IMG/VR virus record: IMGVR_UViG_3300027969_000060 | Coordinates: 32,001-96,000 of that record | Source: a virus | Length of the DNA: 64,000 nt | Strand: one strand, 5' to 3' | Shown here: one piece after another, positions 61,101 to 64,000 of the stretch | How the letters are laid out: the number at the start of each line of letters is the position of its first letter | Position numbering within the stretch: position 1 is the first letter of the stretch | Program-made: the position numbers and the translations under genes | The notes under the pieces: generated by a model | Seen by the model: the letters and a program-made list of their open reading frames with translations, nothing else | The model's database searches: none | Told to the model about the DNA's origin: nothing

Positions 61101-64000
61101 AACGCCTACTAAATTAGGAATATGGCCAAAGTATGAACCAAAGATTTTTGTTGATACAAGTCTTATAACACCGAGAACAATGATACAAGGCCACGATGGC
61201 AGTTTAGTGTTATCATATGGCGATTACCGTGACGATTTAATTTTAGAATTAGAAAAGCGTATCTTTAATAATGTCAAAGTAAAATACGATACAACTATAT
61301 TTAACATACACGATTTTGATCCTAGTTATGTTAGAACAACTAATTACAGTTTAGCAGATTTTAACGAAACATTAGCCCCACAATTTTTTAAATGGACGGG
61401 ATTAGTTAACAAAGATTTTACTAAGCCGTTGTCGTATGATAAAATTAATCCATTAACTTATAATCACAAGGGGTATGCGGCACCAGATGGTAGGCAAATT
61501 CCTGGCTACTGGAGAGGAGTATATCGATGGATGCTAGACACTGACCGCCCTAATAATGCACCATGGGAGATGTTAGGGTTTACCTTAGAGCCAGTGTGGT
61601 GGACATCAGTGTATGGCCCAGCCCCATATACAAGTGATAACAAGATTTTATGGCAAGACCTTAGTGAGGGATTGGTAAAAGAACCAGGCAAGCCGGTTGT
61701 TCAATTAACAAAATATGTTAGACCTTTTTTACTAGATCATATTCCTGTTGACGAAAACGGGAATATAATTAGTCCTATTGATGCAGGCATTGCTAATGGT
61801 AGTGGAATTGAAAACAATGCTGATTATGTATTTGGTGATGTAAGCCCGGTTGAATCAGCATGGCGCAGAAGCAGTTATTATCCTTTTGGATTTTTATCTA
61901 CTATACTACTATTGTCCCCAGCTAAAGTGATAGGACTAATATTAGATAGATCAAGAATTATTAGAAACTTAACAGGCCAGTTAGTTTATAAAGATACTGG
62001 ATTAAGGATCTCTCCAGCATCTGTAGTATTACCGAGCATTTATTCTAGTACAAGTAGAGTGCAAACTGCCGGTTTAATTAATTATATTGTAGACTATATA
62101 CTCAGTGATAATTTAAGATCATATAATGCATTTCAGTATAATTTAAAAAATATTAACCCCCAACTAAGTTATCGACTAGGTGCGTTTACTAGTAAAGAAA
62201 AATTTAATTTCTTACTGGATAGTAAATCAGCAACAAGCACCGGCGGAATTTTTATACCGCAAGAAGATTTTGATGTAATTTTAAATATAAGTAGTCCTGT
62301 TAAAAAAATTACTTATAGCGGTGTAATTATTACGCGGTTACCAAACGGATACGACATAAAAGGTTACAGCAAAACACAACCGTATTTTAAATATTATCCA
62401 TATCTTAAAGATGGCCCAACAATTAATGTTGGTGGTATTTCTGAAGAATTTTCATCTTGGACAGCTAACCAGCAATATGCATCCGGTAAAATTGTAAAGT
62501 ATAACAATCGCTATTATAGAGCAAATTCAACTCACCTAACTATTGATGTATTTGAACCTAAATTTTACCAGGCGCTAGCAAGTCTTCCTGTTGTCGGCGG
62601 TCGAGAAGCAACCCTTAGAACAGTATGGGATCGAACAACGGTAATAACAATTCCATATAGTACTAAATTTAGAACTGTACAAGAAGTTGTTGACTTTTTG
62701 TTAGGCTACGGCGAATGTTTAAAAGACCAAGGATTTATATTTGATAATTTTAACACAACATTAGAAGCTGTAACTAATTGGGAAACTAGCGCAAAAGAAT
62801 TCCTATTCTGGACAACTCAAAATTGGGCTAGCAGTCAAGACAAGTGGCAAGATTGGCTTCCAAATGTAGAAACTAAGTATCAAGAAATTATAAAATACAA
62901 TGGAGAATACTATCAAGCTATTCGACTTAGTCCTGGATCTTCAATCTTTATAGATGATGATTTTGAAAAGTTAGATGGGTTATCTACTGTTGGTAGTAGT
63001 GTTATTAGTTTAAGTCCGGCGGCATATAGTGTTAATTTCTCAGTGCCATATACAGTAGTTGATGATATTAAAAGTGCTTTTAACGGTTACGAAATTTTTA
63101 AAGTTGACGGATCACCAATTGCCCCTACCTTTTTAAATTCTTACAGATCTGATAATGCGGTAAGTTATACCCCAGACGGTTCAGACGGTATATTTGGTGT
63201 ATCATTTTACCTTGTGCAAAAAGAACAAGTTATTCTTCTTAAGAATACTACAATGTTTAACGATACAATCTACAATCCAGAAAGCGGATATAGACAAGAG
63301 CGCATAACAGTTTCTAGTTATGTAAGTACTGGCTGGTACGGTTCTTTTGATGCTCCTGGATTTATATTTGACCAAGCTAAGGTACAAGAGTGGGCACAGT
63401 GGACTGACTATGCATTGGGTGATATTGTTAAGTATAAAGAATTTTATTATAGTGCTAAGTCTCAAGTTCCGGGAACTGCAGAATTTAATGATGTTAGTTG
63501 GATTAAACTAGCAGGCAAACCTAAACCTGCCTTGTTGCCTAACTGGAGCTATAAAGCAGAACAGTTTAACGATTTTTATAGTCTAGATAGTGACAATTTT
63601 GATGTAGGCCAGCAAAAAATGGCTCAGCATTTAATTGGATACCAAAAACGTCAATACCTTGAAAACATTATTAAAGATGATGTTAGTGAATTTAAATTCT
63701 ACCAAGGTATGATTATTGAAAAGGGTACACAAAACGTTTTAAATAAATTGTTTGATGTACTGAGTGTTGAAGGCGAAGAAAGTTTAAAATTCCACGAAGA
63801 GTGGGCAATTCGAGTTGGACAGTATGGCGCAAGCTCTGCATTTGAAAATATTGAATTTATTTTAGACGAATCACAATTTAAAAACAATCCTCAAGGTTTT
63901 GAACTAGTAACCTCAATCGATCCTGAATTATCTGATTTTATTATCCGCCAGACTTTTAATGATGTTTATTTAAAGCCAGTAGGATATAACAATAATCCAT
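58162..64000 (+). CDS. Very large baseplate/virion structural protein (gp7 position), 3'-truncated, at least 1946 codons; absent from the ORF track
   Basis: ATG at 58162 overlaps the gp6 stop; reads MADSINPNNKNQSANFLPRFYRTDSNKKF...RQNYQLEP...IDWDKFVNFQNYYWLP.GP. The frame was open wherever checked up to the window end, and the track lists no closed + ORF here. Confidence 0.85.
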   Translation, partial: MADSINPNNKNQSANFLPRFYRTDSNKKFTQATVDQLIQNGTVKKINGFIGRQNAKASTADDIFINAVTPNRQNYQLEPGLVVKDTLDNVTFFKDYQDYINQLTVFGSNTKNHSVVNEQEFYSWDPHIDWDKFVNFQNYYWLPFGPDVINVAGQQQAITSTYTVTLESEGDSYEYIFTPNGITRNPTLTLFKGQTYTFDIASPGNPFSIKTQRTAGTLDRYQPYGITNFAVEQGTITFTMPHDAPSVLYYVSESDINLGGVIHVKTIDENTRINVDTEISGKKSYTLPNGTPLSNGMKVKFIGNVSPEKYASGEFYVEGVGAEINLIKESDLELISAYTTSESVLFDTTPFDNLPFSDATAFAGTRDYIIINRASPDRNPWTRYNRWFHKDVINASSTYNNKVPNLDQTARAVRPIIEFEAGLKLFNFGLTATIDVDLIDNYTTDVFSTIEGAFGYNVDGTPLVNGHRILFTADTDEFVKNKIYRVEFIDVQRLNSGSRQIHLVLEEEPIEYQVAIIKQGVINQGQSYWFNGSTWIKGQQKTSLNQAPLFDIVDNNKVSYGDTSIYEGSTFVGTKLFSYKVGSGTSDTNLGFALSYKNINNIGDIVFNFNILTDTFRYKQLVDVITVNTDIGFLTRISPETRIISYTNGWKKSEVTEYQAGVRIYKNTYKTISGKQVQILNNFDIDTFDNKDDLGDLVVKVYINGIRLDKEFWDVVSGPVYKKVVLTTNIKPADVLTIKTFARQPINQNGYYEVPLNLQNNPMNNQITEFTLGEVIDHVGSIVDNLNNFNGSYPGAGNLRDLGNTTAYGTKFVQHSGPLGLSLYHITSQENNIIKALDESKEDYNKFKRNFISIIDTIGIHDTNPITQVNLILKEINKDVPKTSAYYFSDMVGSGANIYNSYTVIDYRIKTYPLSAVFNLDELSNKAVYVYLNGTQMLFDKDYTFNDQGYIEITDGVNLQNDDTITVYEYENTDGCFIPQTPTKLGIWPKYEPKIFVDTSLITPRTMIQGHDGSLVLSYGDYRDDLILELEKRIFNNVKVKYDTTIFNIHDFDPSYVRTTNYSLADFNETLAPQFFKWTGLVNKDFTKPLSYDKINPLTYNHKGYAAPDGRQIPGYWRGVYRWMLDTDRPNNAPWEMLGFTLEPVWWTSVYGPAPYTSDNKILWQDLSEGLVKEPGKPVVQLTKYVRPFLLDHIPVDENGNIISPIDAGIANGSGIENNADYVFGDVSPVESAWRRSSYYPFGFLSTILLLSPAKVIGLILDRSRIIRNLTGQLVYKDTGLRISPASVVLPSIYSSTSRVQTAGLINYIVDYILSDNLRSYNAFQYNLKNINPQLSYRLGAFTSKEKFNFLLDSKSATSTGGIFIPQEDFDVILNISSPVKKITYSGVIITRLPNGYDIKGYSKTQPYFKYYPYLKDGPTINVGGISEEFSSWTANQQYASGKIVKYNNRYYRANSTHLTIDVFEPKFYQALASLPVVGGREATLRTVWDRTTVITIPYSTKFRTVQEVVDFLLGYGECLKDQGFIFDNFNTTLEAVTNWETSAKEFLFWTTQNWASSQDKWQDWLPNVETKYQEIIKYNGEYYQAIRLSPGSSIFIDDDFEKLDGLSTVGSSVISLSPAAYSVNFSVPYTVVDDIKSAFNGYEIFKVDGSPIAPTFLNSYRSDNAVSYTPDGSDGIFGVSFYLVQKEQVILLKNTTMFNDTIYNPESGYRQERITVSSYVSTGWYGSFDAPGFIFDQAKVQEWAQWTDYALGDIVKYKEFYYSAKSQVPGTAEFNDVSWIKLAGKPKPALLPNWSYKAEQFNDFYSLDSDNFDVGQQKMAQHLIGYQKRQYLENIIKDDVSEFKFYQGMIIEKGTQNVLNKLFDVLSVEGEESLKFHEEWAIRVGQYGASSAFENIEFILDESQFKNNPQGFELVTSIDPELSDFIIRQTFNDVYLKPVGYNNNP

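Noticed and set aside
440-63887. Numerous 60-210-aa ORFs antisense to or overlapping the main genes (e.g. 5377..5817, 21021..21578, 36597..37139, 51032..51664)
   Set aside because: They are shadow ORFs of Thr/Gly/Val-biased or acidic genes, with no RBS, promoter or recognisable motifs.
1-64000. CRISPR array, tRNA/tmRNA genes, diversity-generating retroelement, integrase or transposase
   Set aside because: No regularly spaced repeat-spacer array, cloverleaf, reverse transcriptase, adenine-specific TR/VR pair or recombinase motifs were seen by eye.
1-64000. Stop-codon reassignment as in some large phages
   Set aside because: Core genes are full length under the standard bacterial code, and coding density is high without readthrough.

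Overview
This window is a 64-kb, AT-rich (~38% GC by eye), gene-dense segment of a large T4-like (myovirus-type) dsDNA phage genome, almost entirely virion morphogenesis genes. From left to right: a 5'-truncated NodU/CmcH-family carbamoyltransferase; a minus-strand block of tail-fibre/appendage genes (three Cys/Gly-rich paralogues, two fibre-chaperone-like paralogues, two pairs of giant paralogous fibre proteins, three small paralogous beta-rich proteins); the head module (gp23, gp22, gp21, an acidic core protein, gp20); a probable tape measure gene divergent from a gp26/gp51-like pair; a ~480-bp highly structured non-coding region behind a GIY-YIG-like gene; gp46/gp47/gp55; and a plus-strand baseplate operon (tube-initiator-like, gp53, hub, gp5-like spike, gp25, gp6) ending in a >1,900-codon ORF that runs off the window. 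ATAAATA late-promoter boxes recur upstream of late genes. Most notable: (1) a candidate large structured ncRNA coupled to the GIY-YIG-like gene; (2) an in-frame T TTT TTC -1 frameshift signal joining the gp26- and gp51-like ORFs; (3) two structured 5' leaders on late genes; (4) a 'hydrophobic C-terminal tag + small adaptor gene' pattern seen three times; (5) phycobiliprotein-like CxRD(I/T)GY repeats in the largest fibre. All family calls come from motif recognition, not database searches.
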